DNA of 64,000 nucleotides from Candidatus Poribacteria bacterium (GCA_965205025.1 CBDBFU010000012.1:1-64000), one strand, 5' to 3'. Positions 29,339-40,144 are shown, counted from the first letter of the stretch. The notes: a model not told the origin generated them from the letters alone. Translations and numbers: made by a program.

Positions 29339-30904
29339 TCATCTTTCCTTGCGAATGAGTAAACCAACAAATATAGCAGAAAAAACGAGAATTACAAATG
29401 CATAAGGGGCAGCTTGTGCAAACATTGCCTCCTCAGTATAATCCCATACATTTACCGCTAAGGTTTCGTATTCAGGTGGTCTAAGCAGTAGAGTTAACGG
29501 AAGTTCTTTCATTGTCGCAAGAAATACAAGGGCAATAGCAATTAACATGCCACGAAGTAGAATCGGTAACAGAGTTCTGAGAAATGCCATTATAGGTGAA
29601 CAACCAAGCGAACGCGCGGCTTCCTCTAAGTACGGTGATGCTTGATAGAGTGGACTTCGTACTGGACCTATAGCTTCAGCAAGAAAATGAAGCATACAAG
29701 CAGTGATTAGTACTAAAACCGTAGCATCTGTATTAACAAAAAAGATAATTGATAGAGCAAATGCCAAAGGCGGAATAGCATAAACTATATAAGGGATACG
29801 CGCAATTGTGTTTGAAAAGCGAGTGGAATACCGTACATTGATATACGCAAACGGTACAGCCATTAAAGCACAACCTAAGGCTACCGGAATAGCAATACTT
29901 ATTGAACCAAGAAATGCCTCAATAATTCCTTCTAATGACGAAACTTCAAATCCTCTGAACAACCATAAAATTACTGCTAAGGTGGGAATACAAACTGTAG
30001 CTAAAAATAATACACACAAATAAGTATAACCTACATACTTCCATCTTCGTAAAGGTATGATAGATGGAGTACGGGACGTACCATGTCCCGCTTTATGAAG
30101 GTCTACCTTATATAACATACGTGCTTCAAGACACAGAAGACATCCCGTAATCGTTAGTAGGATCAAGGCAAGCCAGGATGCATAATTGTGTTCAAATAAT
30201 AGTTTATATTCGACAAATAACGCATAACTAAATGTCTCATAACGCATTAATGAAACAACACCAAAGTCCCCAAGAACATGTAGACAGATGAGTAATCCTG
30301 CTGCATAAAATGCTGGACGTAGTTGGGGCAGTATGACATGAATGAAAACTCTCCATTGACCATAACCAAGACTTCGGGCAGATTCTTCAACACTTGGGTC
30401 TAAACCTAAGAGAGCAGTCCGTAAATTTAAAAAGAGATAAGGGGTTGTATAGAAGGAGAGAGCGATCAATGCACCCCAATAACCATGCAGACGAGGTATA
30501 TTCCAACCAAAAAACGATGCGAATATTCCGTTGTAACCACCAAGTGCTAATAATGCATAAGCTATGACATAACCAGGAATGGCTAATGGTAGAGTGCAAA
30601 AAACACTAAAAATACGCTGGTATTTGATATCTGAACGACTCGTTAACCAAGCTGCAGGAGTTGCTAATAAGATATCCGATAGAAGAACTCCAATCGTAAG
30701 TAACACTGTATTTAGAAAGAGTTTTGCATTACGCCATCGAAATAAATTCTCTACAAGTGTACTACTCTCCAATTGAAATGCTTTAGCTATCAGATATCCT
30801 AAAGGAATAAGTCCACAAATACAGATAACGACTGCAGGAATGAAAATATACCATCTCTGACCAATGTATGAAATGCTGTGTTGCCTATTGATGATGCACC
30901 TCAA
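29339..30904 (-). CDS. Fe3+ ABC transporter permease (FbpB/FutB-like)
   Basis: Two EAA motifs (EESARSLG, EEAARSLG), PLAIPGYV, MKELPLTLLL. Confidence 0.9.
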   Translation of the reverse strand: MRCIINRQHSISYIGQRWYIFIPAVVICICGLIPLGYLIAKAFQLESSTLVENLFRWRNAKLFLNTVLLTIGVLLSDILLATPAAWLTSRSDIKYQRIFSVFCTLPLAIPGYVIAYALLALGGYNGIFASFFGWNIPRLHGYWGALIALSFYTTPYLFLNLRTALLGLDPSVEESARSLGYGQWRVFIHVILPQLRPAFYAAGLLICLHVLGDFGVVSLMRYETFSYALFVEYKLLFEHNYASWLALILLTITGCLLCLEARMLYKVDLHKAGHGTSRTPSIIPLRRWKYVGYTYLCVLFLATVCIPTLAVILWLFRGFEVSSLEGIIEAFLGSISIAIPVALGCALMAVPFAYINVRYSTRFSNTIARIPYIVYAIPPLAFALSIIFFVNTDATVLVLITACMLHFLAEAIGPVRSPLYQASPYLEEAARSLGCSPIMAFLRTLLPILLRGMLIAIALVFLATMKELPLTLLLRPPEYETLAVNVWDYTEEAMFAQAAPYAFVILVFSAIFVGLLIRKER

Positions 30905-30917
30905 TCACAGCTTTTAC

Positions 30918-31919
30918 CTACATTATGCCGACTTTACGAAGGAGTTTTACTGTACCTTCAATATCATCCATTTCATTTAGATCGAATTTCGGTACTATTT
31001 TTAGCAATTCATCCAAAGACACCAAATTAGGGTTTGGTATGACACCATCAATGACAGGATATTCAAAAACTTCACTAACGAAGTATTGTTGTGCTTTGTA
31101 TGAAAGTAGATACTCAATCAATTTAAGGGAAGTTTTCTTGTTCTTACTATTCTTTAATAATCCTATTCCGGCTACATTTACCAGATTCCCAGGATCTTTA
31201 ACTTTAAAGAATGTTTGTGATACAGGAAATTTTGAATTACTCTTTTTAAACCGAAAAAGGTAATAATGATTTGGTAAACCAAGGTCTATTTCACCAGCAG
31301 CAAGTGCTTCAATTATAGGAGTGTTCTTTGGGTATGCAATTGTTCCATTCTTCTTCATATCACGTAACCATTTTTCGGTTTGTTTATCTCCAACCTGTCC
31401 TCGCATAGCTGTTACAAAGGCTTGGAACGAAGCGTTTAGTGGTGCCCATCCAACTTTACCTTTCCAATTCCGTTTAGTTAAATCAAAAATACTATCTGGA
31501 AGTTTATCTGTAGTTAGTCTATCAGATGAATATGCCAATACCCGTGCTCTACCACTGGTGGCAACCCATAAACCATCTCCATGCTTAAATGTTTCTGGTA
31601 CCTTAGAGAGTATATTCTTGGGAAGTTTTTCAAAGAGACCTTTCTTACTCACTGCACCCAATGCTCCGGCATCTTGTGCCCAAAATAACGCAGCTGGACT
31701 TTTTTTTCCTTCGGTAATGAGTTTCGAGGCTAATTGAGTGGTATTTGCAAAACTTACAATTACCTCTATTCCAGTATCTTTTTCAAACTGCTCAATTATT
31801 GGTTCAACAAGACTCTTACTACGACCAGAATAGAGTGTGATTGTTTCTGATTGAATTGATCCTAAGATTAAAAACATAACCAAACTATGTATTATAATAT
31901 ACATTCGTTTTTTTTTCAT
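30918..31919 (-). CDS. Fe3+ ABC transporter substrate-binding protein (FbpA/FutA-like)
   Basis: LYSGR, SGRARVLAY, NHYY, FEYP. Probable start ATG at 31919 after a GGAG RBS (track start 31973). Confidence 0.9.
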   Translation of the reverse strand: MKKKRMYIIIHSLVMFLILGSIQSETITLYSGRSKSLVEPIIEQFEKDTGIEVIVSFANTTQLASKLITEGKKSPAALFWAQDAGALGAVSKKGLFEKLPKNILSKVPETFKHGDGLWVATSGRARVLAYSSDRLTTDKLPDSIFDLTKRNWKGKVGWAPLNASFQAFVTAMRGQVGDKQTEKWLRDMKKNGTIAYPKNTPIIEALAAGEIDLGLPNHYYLFRFKKSNSKFPVSQTFFKVKDPGNLVNVAGIGLLKNSKNKKTSLKLIEYLLSYKAQQYFVSEVFEYPVIDGVIPNPNLVSLDELLKIVPKFDLNEMDDIEGTVKLLRKVGIM

Positions 31920-32150
31920 ATTTAACTCCTCATATTTTAATTGAAAGTAATTTAAGGTAATTATTTTATCCACAATATATGGATCTATTTTCTGAGTACA
32001 GACAGTTTTCTATGAAATATGTTCATGGACATAATTATTGATATGTCTATCAAGGTAAAATGTCTATATTGTTTGCTACTTCATAAATTTGTCAGTACGA
32101 ACCATGATTTCCTATTACGAAAATCGTATGAACCTACAAGCGGATGTGTC

Positions 32151-32205
32151 ATTGAGACTCAATTTCATAATTGTAAGATCTTTGTAGGATTGAGAAATTA
32201 TCATA
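32151..32205. promoter_or_regulatory. Possible Fur-box-like sites upstream of the iron ABC operon
   Basis: TGAGACTCAATTTCA and TGAGAAATTATCA resemble TGATAATnATTATCA; degenerate and in AT-rich DNA. Confidence 0.3.
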
Positions 32206-32385
32206 CCTTTTAGATGATACCTTTTAGATGGAATTATGTCAAATTATTTCCATTATACATTCTATTGATAGTATGAGAATTACATTGATATAAATCAGTA
32301 AATATGTAATTAATATATACCACCCATAGATAATTACAGTTTTGAGTATGTTTTTTCACTAAGTTTAGAATACATCATAATTCTT

Positions 32386-33378
32386 ATGGATAATAAACGT
32401 GCAATAGGTAGATTTTACACACGGGGTAATCCGTTTAAATTACATCCTTTCAGAAATTGGGTATCTAAAGCAAATATAGAAGAAAAAACAATATTAGAAC
32501 CCTTTGCTGGCGCAAAAGACATACCAAATTTAATTGATTCTGCAAAACTAAAATACAATGACTGGAAATTATACGATTTACATCCTGGAGCAAATGGGAT
32601 ACAAAAACGCGACACACTGACTGATTTTCCTATAGGATATAAGGTATGCATAACAAATCCTCCTTGGTTAGCGCGGAATTCGGCCACTCGTAGAGGTTTG
32701 TCATATCCAAAAGCTACTTCTCATGACGATATATATAAATATGCACTTGAATTGTGTATTAATAATTGTGACTGGGTAGCAGCAATAATTCCTGAAGCCT
32801 TTATCAGGAGTAATTTGTTCGAAGAGCGATTGAGTGATTTTATTTCATTAGTTCCAGAAAAACATCATACGACGTCAAAAAATGGTAACCACCTTAATAA
32901 TGTAAGCAGAATGTTTGAGGATACTGAACACCCTGTTGGATTGGCACTATTTACACCAAATGAGACATCCGATGTAATGATATGGCGTAATAGCCAGCAA
33001 CTTGGAAGGCTAAGAGAATTGGAGGAATACCTACCACAACCATCTCGTAACCGAAATATAAGATTTAATGAACCTAACGGAAATCTTGGTCTTGTGGCAA
33101 TAGATAATACTGTATCACCATCTATTAGGTTTTGTCCTCCAAAAGAATTAAGTGAATATACTGTACGTTATCACGGTCGTTCAATAACTAAAATTTTGGT
33201 GCCATGGGAAGTGGATGTAGAGGAGTTAAATTCTCGTCTTAACTACATTAGGCAAAAAACGCATGATGTTTTTCTAACTGCATTCAAAGGATTACGACGA
33301 GACGGATTCTATCGCAGACGATTAGACTGGGGATTAGCACGTTCAATAGTTGATGAAAATAATCTTAAAGAAAATTGA
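32386..33378 (+). CDS. Orphan amino-DNA methyltransferase-like protein
   Basis: G.FYT (motif X), LEPFAGAKDI (motif I), TNPPW (motif IV). Confidence 0.7.
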   Translation: MDNKRAIGRFYTRGNPFKLHPFRNWVSKANIEEKTILEPFAGAKDIPNLIDSAKLKYNDWKLYDLHPGANGIQKRDTLTDFPIGYKVCITNPPWLARNSATRRGLSYPKATSHDDIYKYALELCINNCDWVAAIIPEAFIRSNLFEERLSDFISLVPEKHHTTSKNGNHLNNVSRMFEDTEHPVGLALFTPNETSDVMIWRNSQQLGRLRELEEYLPQPSRNRNIRFNEPNGNLGLVAIDNTVSPSIRFCPPKELSEYTVRYHGRSITKILVPWEVDVEELNSRLNYIRQKTHDVFLTAFKGLRRDGFYRRRLDWGLARSIVDENNLKEN

Positions 33379-33515
33379 TATATTCTCATAGATTTTAGAG
33401 TAAAGAGAAACTACAAATCTAAACTAAATCGTTGTATTCTCATATAATACCATTTTCAATTGATACACTTACATTATGATTTAAGTGAAACAGGAACAAT
33501 CATATACAGATTTAT

Positions 33516-33711
33516 AGTCCCGTATGAAGTTAAAAAAAATAAAATAGGTAATTTGGACCCAGAGCTGGTAGGTGCGGTTTCCTAACCGCACCGGATTCTA
33601 CAAGAAACTGGAAATTACCCGAATAAATTCTTTAACTTCATTAGGGACGAAATGTCTATAGAAAACATCAAACATACACTCTTGAGTCCCGTAGGGACGA
33701 AATGTTTATAG
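33516..33711 (+). repeat. GAGTCCCGTAGGGACGAAATGT(C/T)TATAG direct-repeat pair (first unit interrupted by a MITE)
   Basis: Same unit as at 48105-48186 and 58068-58150. Confidence 0.8.
33524..33641. mobile_element. MITE with IS630-like ends (copy B), inserted into a GTCCCG-TA-GGGAC repeat
   Basis: Flanks AGTCCCGTA and TAGGGACGAAATG rebuild the repeat with TA duplicated. Confidence 0.85.
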
Positions 33712-33829
33712 CACAAAACACATAATCCGTGAAAACAACAAATACAAATAGTTAACTGGCACAAGTCGTTAAACTATTATATGTTTAGCAAAGGGATATT
33801 TCATGATTTCATGAGTAGAGGAATACGAA

Positions 33830-34822
33830 ATGAAAGTATTAGTCATCGGAGGAACAGGAAATATTAGTCGTGGCATAGTCGCGGCTCTACTGGAACGGAA
33901 TTACGAAGTCGTACTATTCAATCGTGGACAACATGTCGACAAACCACCACAAGATCTTCGAATAATTCAAGGAGACCGACAAAACCGTGAGGATTTTGAG
34001 GAAAAAGTTGCAGCTGAGAACTGGGATGCTGTCATAGACATGATCAGTTTCAATGCTGAAGATGCGGCATCATCGCTCAGAGCTTGCAAAGGGAAAGTAG
34101 GACATTTCATACACTGTTCCACAGTTATGACATATGGACCTCCTTTCAGTGGTATTAACATACCTGAAACCGGTCCCCTACAAGGAGTATCTGGATATGG
34201 GTTGGGTAAAATAGCTGCGGATAATTTACTATTAGATGCACATAAAAATGATGGTTTTCCTGTAACAATCTTCAAACCATCCTATACACACGGACCTGGA
34301 ATGAATCTCTTAAGACAGGTAGGAGGAGATGGAAGTTGGATAGATCGGTTACGTAAAGGGAAACCTATCCTATCTGCCGGTGATGGATTGAATTACTTTC
34401 AATTTTTGGCATCACGAGATGCTGGTGATGCATTTGCAAATATCCTTGGTAAAACGCAATGTTTTGGTCAAATATATAATATCGTTCATCCACAAGCACG
34501 AACATGGGATGAATGGCATACAGCAGCTGCAGATGCACTCGGTGTTAACATAGAAATAGTACATGTTTCACAAGAAACACTTATTGCCATCTCACCAGAG
34601 CGGTTCAGTGGTTTGAGGGGGAATTTTGGACATACGCAGATATTTAGTCATGAAAAATTGGCTTCAGTATTACCCAATTTCTATCCAAAGATTCCTGTCA
34701 TACAAAGCGTAGCAGAGAATATTGAATGGATGGACAAACACAATCGAATTCCAGACAGTGATACAGATAATGTTGAAGATAGAATTATTGAAACAATTCG
34801 AAACTTACCGAGAATTAAATAG
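33830..34822 (+). CDS. NAD-dependent epimerase/dehydratase family protein
   Basis: VLVIGGTGNIS, FNRG, YGLGK. Confidence 0.9.
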   Translation: MKVLVIGGTGNISRGIVAALLERNYEVVLFNRGQHVDKPPQDLRIIQGDRQNREDFEEKVAAENWDAVIDMISFNAEDAASSLRACKGKVGHFIHCSTVMTYGPPFSGINIPETGPLQGVSGYGLGKIAADNLLLDAHKNDGFPVTIFKPSYTHGPGMNLLRQVGGDGSWIDRLRKGKPILSAGDGLNYFQFLASRDAGDAFANILGKTQCFGQIYNIVHPQARTWDEWHTAAADALGVNIEIVHVSQETLIAISPERFSGLRGNFGHTQIFSHEKLASVLPNFYPKIPVIQSVAENIEWMDKHNRIPDSDTDNVEDRIIETIRNLPRIK

Positions 34823-34838
34823 ATATAGGTGAAGTAAG

Positions 34839-35642
34839 ATGCAAATAAAATCCGCATTAGATTCAGAAAGACTTGATCATGTTGAGAACGATCTCCGAGA
34901 ATTGGGATACCATATAATCGAAAATGTCATCTCACCTGAAGAAGCAGATGAAGCACGGGAAGTGATATGGAAATTGATTGATGAAGATATAGAAAATGGA
35001 CAGGATCATAGTTACGGAGATGGTAAAATTCGACGGGTTTGGGCAATTGTCGGTAAATCTCCCATTTTCAGATATTTCATCCAACATCCAACAGTGATTG
35101 CAGTCTGGAAACGTATGCTTGGAGAGGATGTAATTGCTTCTACTTTTACCGCGAATGTTGTCGGACCTGGGGCACCTGCTGGCGGATGGCATATTGACTA
35201 CCCATATTGGGCAATGCAATCTCCATTTCCAGCTGGTTCAATGACAGGACAAACAGTCTGGATGTTAGATGATTTTACAATTGAGAATGGAGCGACAGCT
35301 TGTATTCCAGAATCTCATAAAACCCTTAGACGACCCGAATTAGGTGAAGCAGAAGGAATGGAGAGTGTTGTTGCTACCGCTCCAAAGGGATCAATAATGT
35401 TTACTAATGGAGCTATTTGGCATCAGTCTCGACCAAATAATACAGATTCTCCACGAGTAGGGTTACTTGGAATGTATAACAGATCTGTAATCTATCCCCA
35501 AGAAGATATGCCACGCCAATTGACTGATGAAGAATTGATGGAAGAGAGTGATGTCCTCAAACAATTATTAGGCAGAACTATTCCATTCCGTGATCCAGAT
35601 CATGGTAGAAATTGGCATCGTACAGAAGATGGATTTCGTTAA
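34839..35642 (+). CDS. Phytanoyl-CoA dioxygenase (PhyH) family 2OG-Fe(II) oxygenase
   Basis: WHID, LDDFTIENGAT..IPESH, IWH...N. Confidence 0.9.
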   Translation: MQIKSALDSERLDHVENDLRELGYHIIENVISPEEADEAREVIWKLIDEDIENGQDHSYGDGKIRRVWAIVGKSPIFRYFIQHPTVIAVWKRMLGEDVIASTFTANVVGPGAPAGGWHIDYPYWAMQSPFPAGSMTGQTVWMLDDFTIENGATACIPESHKTLRRPELGEAEGMESVVATAPKGSIMFTNGAIWHQSRPNNTDSPRVGLLGMYNRSVIYPQEDMPRQLTDEELMEESDVLKQLLGRTIPFRDPDHGRNWHRTEDGFR

Positions 35643-35788
35643 GTGCAGATGAAATATAGTGAAAACTTAGTATAATCAATGTATGTCTAATGAGATGAAT
35701 TCATTGAAAGAAATTCATGCAGACATAAACCCTTCTCCTCTGCGTAATCAGTGATTCAGAAAAAACACCTCTTTGTACCACAAACTTT

Positions 35789-35917
35789 ATGAGGATTAAG
35801 TTTTAAATTCGGTAATTCCCATTTTCCCAAACTCGGTAGGCGGGGAATGCCATAAGGCATTCATACCGTTGATTTGGCGGTTTCCTAACCGAACCGAATT
35901 ATTATTTTAATCTTCAT
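35789..35917. mobile_element. MITE with ends matching the IS630 at 1-1230 (copy C)
   Basis: ATGAGGATTAAGTTTTAAATTCGGTAA...ACCGAATT..TTAATCTTCAT; sits between CACAAACT and AGTTTGTG. Confidence 0.7.
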
Positions 35918-36384
35918 TTAGTTTGTGATCTTACTCCTACCCTCTCCAAACACTCTTATCCGCGTAATCTGTGTAATCTGTGATTCAGAGAACTCAAACA
36001 TACATAAAAATAAACTAATATCATTAAATTAACACTTATTAACACCAAAGGTGACAAAATTATTTACACACCCAAACGTAAGGGTGTGTAAAGTTTATGG
36101 CATTAATTTACGGAATAGAAGCGGATCAAATACTTTTTTTAGTATAAACTATATCAAAATCTAATTTTACACTTTTCCATAAGTCTTTAAATTAATTGAA
36201 GAAAACACAAATACCTAACAACTAACACACATATATCACAATAATATAAAATAAATTAAATATAATTGTCAAAATATAAACAAAATGTTATAATACTATA
36301 TCGTTCACTAATTGTAAACTAAAGATAACACATTACTTGGAAGATACGAAATATTGTTTATACCGTGAAGTGTAACTATTTTCT

Positions 36385-36508
36385 ACAGGACTTACGCATT
36401 TCATCTTAAAGTCCCCCTGATAAGGGGGATTTAGGGGGTTAAAACAATGAAATGACGGCTTTTTAAGTCAAATTTTACCTATTTCTACTTAAGTTGCGTA
36501 AGTCCTGT
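36385..36508. mobile_element. MITE with ACAGGACTTACGCA terminal inverted repeats
   Basis: Perfect 14-bp TIR; internal TCCCCCTGATAAGGGGGATTTAGGGGG. Confidence 0.75.
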
Positions 36509-36584
36509 TCTAATTATTTGGGCTTCTAAACTTTATGCCAAATTAAACCAAATCCACTATCTGGGAAATAGGAAAATCCATGTT

Positions 36585-36697
36585 ATACCATTTCTAATTG
36601 AAAATGCCTCTTTTTGTACCACAAACTTTCAGTTTGTGACCTGAAAATGACTACCATAATAACCACCTAATGAGACAATAATTTATAGAAATGGTAT
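36585..36697. mobile_element. MITE with ATACCATTTCTA terminal inverted repeats
   Basis: ATACCATTTCTA...TAGAAATGGTAT with an internal CACAAACT/AGTTTGTG hairpin. Related ends at about 14476-14590 and 58002-58215. Confidence 0.65.
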
Positions 36698-37179
36698 TAG
36701 AATTACAACTAAAACATTCAGAATTATCACCTTTTGAGAATCGTCCTCAAAACATATTTATTCAAAGCCTAAAAAAGCGGATACTGAGGAATATCAATGT
36801 GAATTCAACCGAATATTTTTTTAGTTTTTCAAATTTTAAAATTTTACATCGATTCATCAAATCCTTTGTTATCCCAACCCACAACAGGGTTTTCGGCTCA
36901 TTAAAAAATCATTTCTTAAAAAGCAACTCAAAAAACTTGAAAAACTCAAAAAACTCAAAAAACTTAAAATTAGACCGACTTCAAACAAAACAGACTATCA
37001 TGCACAACAGTAAACTACACTGTATCTCATTACTACGAATCGTCCATACAGATATAATTCTCTTCATAGAATTGGTGTTTCCCTGTCCGTTGGTTCAAAA
37101 TATTGCAAATGGCACGTACAAAGAATCCTCCGAATCTATGATTTATCGAATATATTCTAATACCATGTCAAAATGGATG

Positions 37180-37410
37180 GATAAGAAACTTCACATTCAA
37201 ACAATCCTAAATCAATGGATCAAAAGAAAAGTAAAAGACACAAAATTCAACCCCCACTTTATAATTTTTACAAATTATTGTAACCTTAAAAAAGTGGCTC
37301 TAAACCCAGTGTAGTACTGACGGGAGAGGGGTTTTATCAATGTCACACCATGTGACAAAAAGTGTAACTTTTTTGAACATATTAATAATATTTATATAAC
37401 TATTGTGAAC
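37180..37410. repeat. Dispersed non-coding repeat, copy 2 (homologous to 1280-1497)
   Basis: Same conserved blocks as copy 1. Confidence 0.8.
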
Positions 37411-37683
37411 AACTAAAAACTGTAAACTAATAACTATCAACTATAAGCTAATCACCCTATGATCCGTGACATTCATGCCAAACACTTTACACCGTTTATT
37501 TTCCATACCTTGATAATTCCTAAAGAATGTGATAAATTAACCCAATAAGTGATATAATTCAGTATCTATTGATGGATTTCATACAACTGACATTTCTATA
37601 TGAAATTCGATTTAATAGTTCATATAAAACAGTTATCATACCTACATAATAAGTACATCATAGATTTAGTTTAGGAGCGTTAT

Positions 37684-38739
37684 ATGCCGGTTGTTTCTCA
37701 CATTGTTCTGAGAAAGTTCGTATGCGATATATACAAAGCTGCAGGTGGTACCGAAGAAGATGCCAAAATTGTTAGTGACCATGTCGTTGATTCAAATTTA
37801 GTTGGACACGATTCACACGGGGTAATCAATGCTCCAAACTATATCGGTGGCATGGCAGGTGGACCATCTGTTGATAAGATGGAGATTGTCAGAGAAAGGG
37901 GAGCAGCAACTGTAATAAATGTTAATGGTGCATTAGGAATGGTAGCTGCGCGAAAAGCTATGGAAATGGCTGTGCAAAAAGCTGGATCATGTACAATCGG
38001 AGCGGTTGGACTCCATAGATGTGGACACGCGGGGCGGATGGGTGAATATCCACCAATAGCAGCAAATGCTGGAATGATCGGTATTGTTTTACTAAATGGT
38101 GGAGGACGATTTATGCATCCACATGGGGGTACTTCACGTAGATTACCTCCCAATCCAATTGCTATTTCAGTTCCCCGTGCAAATGGTGAACCACTCCTAC
38201 TTGATATGACACTCAGTGTGGTAGCAGGGGGTAAACTCCTTGTTCAATCTGCACGCGAAGAACCGATTCCAGAAGGATGGATGATAGATTCTGATGGTAA
38301 GGCAATCACTGACCCTGATGTATTTCGAGATCGTCCACAGGATACCGCAGTAATGCCGCTTGGAGGTTTTCAGTTCGGTCATAAAGGGTTTGGACTTGGA
38401 GTTATGATTGATGCTATTGCTGGGGGTCTATCATGGGCAGGTTGTAGTCGTGAATCACCAACACGTGGAGCAAGTGGTATTGTAATGTTTGCAATAAAAA
38501 TAGAAGATTTTATTGACTTAGTAGATTATCAACAAGAAATCGAATATCTTATTGAATGGGTAAAATCATCTGCAACATTACCTGGAACTGAAGAAATTTA
38601 TGTTCCTGGGGATTTTGAACAACGAAGTCGTGAAAAAAGAGAAAAAGAAGGGATACCCATTGAAGAACCTACTTGGAATAAACTTGTTGAATCAGCCGAA
38701 CGCTATAATGTACCTATTCCTACCACGCTCTTCTCTTAG
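37684..38739 (+). CDS. Ldh_2 family (malate/L-lactate/ureidoglycolate) dehydrogenase
   Basis: GHDSHG, GHAGRMG, NPIA, GHKGFGL, YVPG. Confidence 0.92.
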   Translation: MPVVSHIVLRKFVCDIYKAAGGTEEDAKIVSDHVVDSNLVGHDSHGVINAPNYIGGMAGGPSVDKMEIVRERGAATVINVNGALGMVAARKAMEMAVQKAGSCTIGAVGLHRCGHAGRMGEYPPIAANAGMIGIVLLNGGGRFMHPHGGTSRRLPPNPIAISVPRANGEPLLLDMTLSVVAGGKLLVQSAREEPIPEGWMIDSDGKAITDPDVFRDRPQDTAVMPLGGFQFGHKGFGLGVMIDAIAGGLSWAGCSRESPTRGASGIVMFAIKIEDFIDLVDYQQEIEYLIEWVKSSATLPGTEEIYVPGDFEQRSREKREKEGIPIEEPTWNKLVESAERYNVPIPTTLFS

Positions 38740-38799
38740 AATCTAACATAGATGGATAGGTAATCTCATAATCTACAATAACCTAATTAGGAGATTCCA

Positions 38800-39393
38800 A
38801 TGAAACATATAACTCTATTAGCAATTCTGTTTATTGTAGTTTTAGGATGTGCAGTCCTAAATCAACCAACAATTGAAATACCTTTTACAAAACTCAGTAG
38901 TGTTACAAATCCCAAAATGGTTGATGGAAATTTAAACACAGTCAGTACATTCATTGCAACAGGACATGTTGAGAAAAAATATCAGAATGTACGAGTTACA
39001 CCTGGTCGATTCATTCAAAGCGAAAGAAGATATACTACTAATGTAATAGGACGTCGTACCGTAGCAGAGATAAAACTTGATGAACCCACATATATCTCCT
39101 TTGTTGAGGTATATCCTGCTTCTCGTATACCTAATTTAGCCTTAATTACAACATCTGAAGATCCTCCAAGATTTGATACAAATTTCGATGTAGTTCGTGA
39201 TAAGTATCATTTCAATGTAGAGGGAACAAAACCTGTGAAATTCGAGATTAACCGTGAGATTTTATACCTGCGATTGACAGCAGATGGAATTGAAGATAAA
39301 TTTAACTCTACACGAGAACGGGATAGAGATAAAAGTGTACATATACCACTTAAGGGAGCTTCAATAAGAGAGGTAAAATTTTATGCTCGATAG
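38800..39393 (+). CDS. Uncharacterised lipoprotein (paralog 1)
   Basis: Lipobox VLGC; shares motifs with the next ORF. Confidence 0.8.
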   Translation: MKHITLLAILFIVVLGCAVLNQPTIEIPFTKLSSVTNPKMVDGNLNTVSTFIATGHVEKKYQNVRVTPGRFIQSERRYTTNVIGRRTVAEIKLDEPTYISFVEVYPASRIPNLALITTSEDPPRFDTNFDVVRDKYHFNVEGTKPVKFEINREILYLRLTADGIEDKFNSTRERDRDKSVHIPLKGASIREVKFYAR

Positions 39394-40009
39394 AAAATTA
39401 TACATAATCACTACTGCAGTATTCATACTGGCTTTTACTCTACAAGGTTGTGCGATTCTTCAAAATGCACCTGTAATGGAGGTACAACCATCACGACTAA
39501 CATCTTCTAACCCCAATATGGTAGATGGTGATTTATCCACAATTGGAACTTTCTTGGCAAAAGGTAAGATTCGTAAGAAGTATTTTGCTGCAAGAACACT
39601 TCAAGCCTTATCTAACCGTAATAATTATCAAGTAGAAATTGACGGAACACTAAAAACAGATACTTTAATCAAACTGGATAAACCTACATATATCGCATAT
39701 ATTGAAGTCCATACTGCATCGGATATTCCAAAACTTGCTTTGGATTTTACTGCAGAAGAGAAATCTCCTCAATGGAATAATTCTTTTATTCAAGTACAAC
39801 AACACAGACATACTGATGTTAAAAACCACAAAATTATAAGATATGATATTAGACACAAGATTCTATATCTACGGATCACAGCAGATGGAATTGAGGATAT
39901 ACAAAATAAGACTCGTTCAAATATTTCTAACAGTATATATAGGAATGAAACGATTACTCCTTTGAAGGGTGGTAAAATACGAGAGGTAAAATTCTACGAA
40001 CGCCAATAA
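39383..40009 (+). CDS. Uncharacterised lipoprotein (paralog 2)
   Basis: Lipobox LQGC; NP.MVDG, IKLD.PTYI, ILYLR.TADGIED, PLKG..IREVKFY shared with paralog 1. Confidence 0.8.
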   Translation: MLDRKLYIITTAVFILAFTLQGCAILQNAPVMEVQPSRLTSSNPNMVDGDLSTIGTFLAKGKIRKKYFAARTLQALSNRNNYQVEIDGTLKTDTLIKLDKPTYIAYIEVHTASDIPKLALDFTAEEKSPQWNNSFIQVQQHRHTDVKNHKIIRYDIRHKILYLRITADGIEDIQNKTRSNISNSIYRNETITPLKGGKIREVKFYERQ

Positions 40010-40144
40010 TATAGTACTTGTTTTATATTTCATATTTAGGTATAATATCTCTGTCATTTCAAGCTGAACGATCTGTTTGCTTTACTCAATAACTACATAA
40101 TTAAACGACGATATTAACTTTGCTTTAATCTTATTCAGAATAGT

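Noticed and set aside
36691-37314. 207-aa CDS
   Set aside because: Starts inside a MITE end, includes 9-mer repeats, and ends in the non-coding repeat whose other copy has indels; no recognisable motif.
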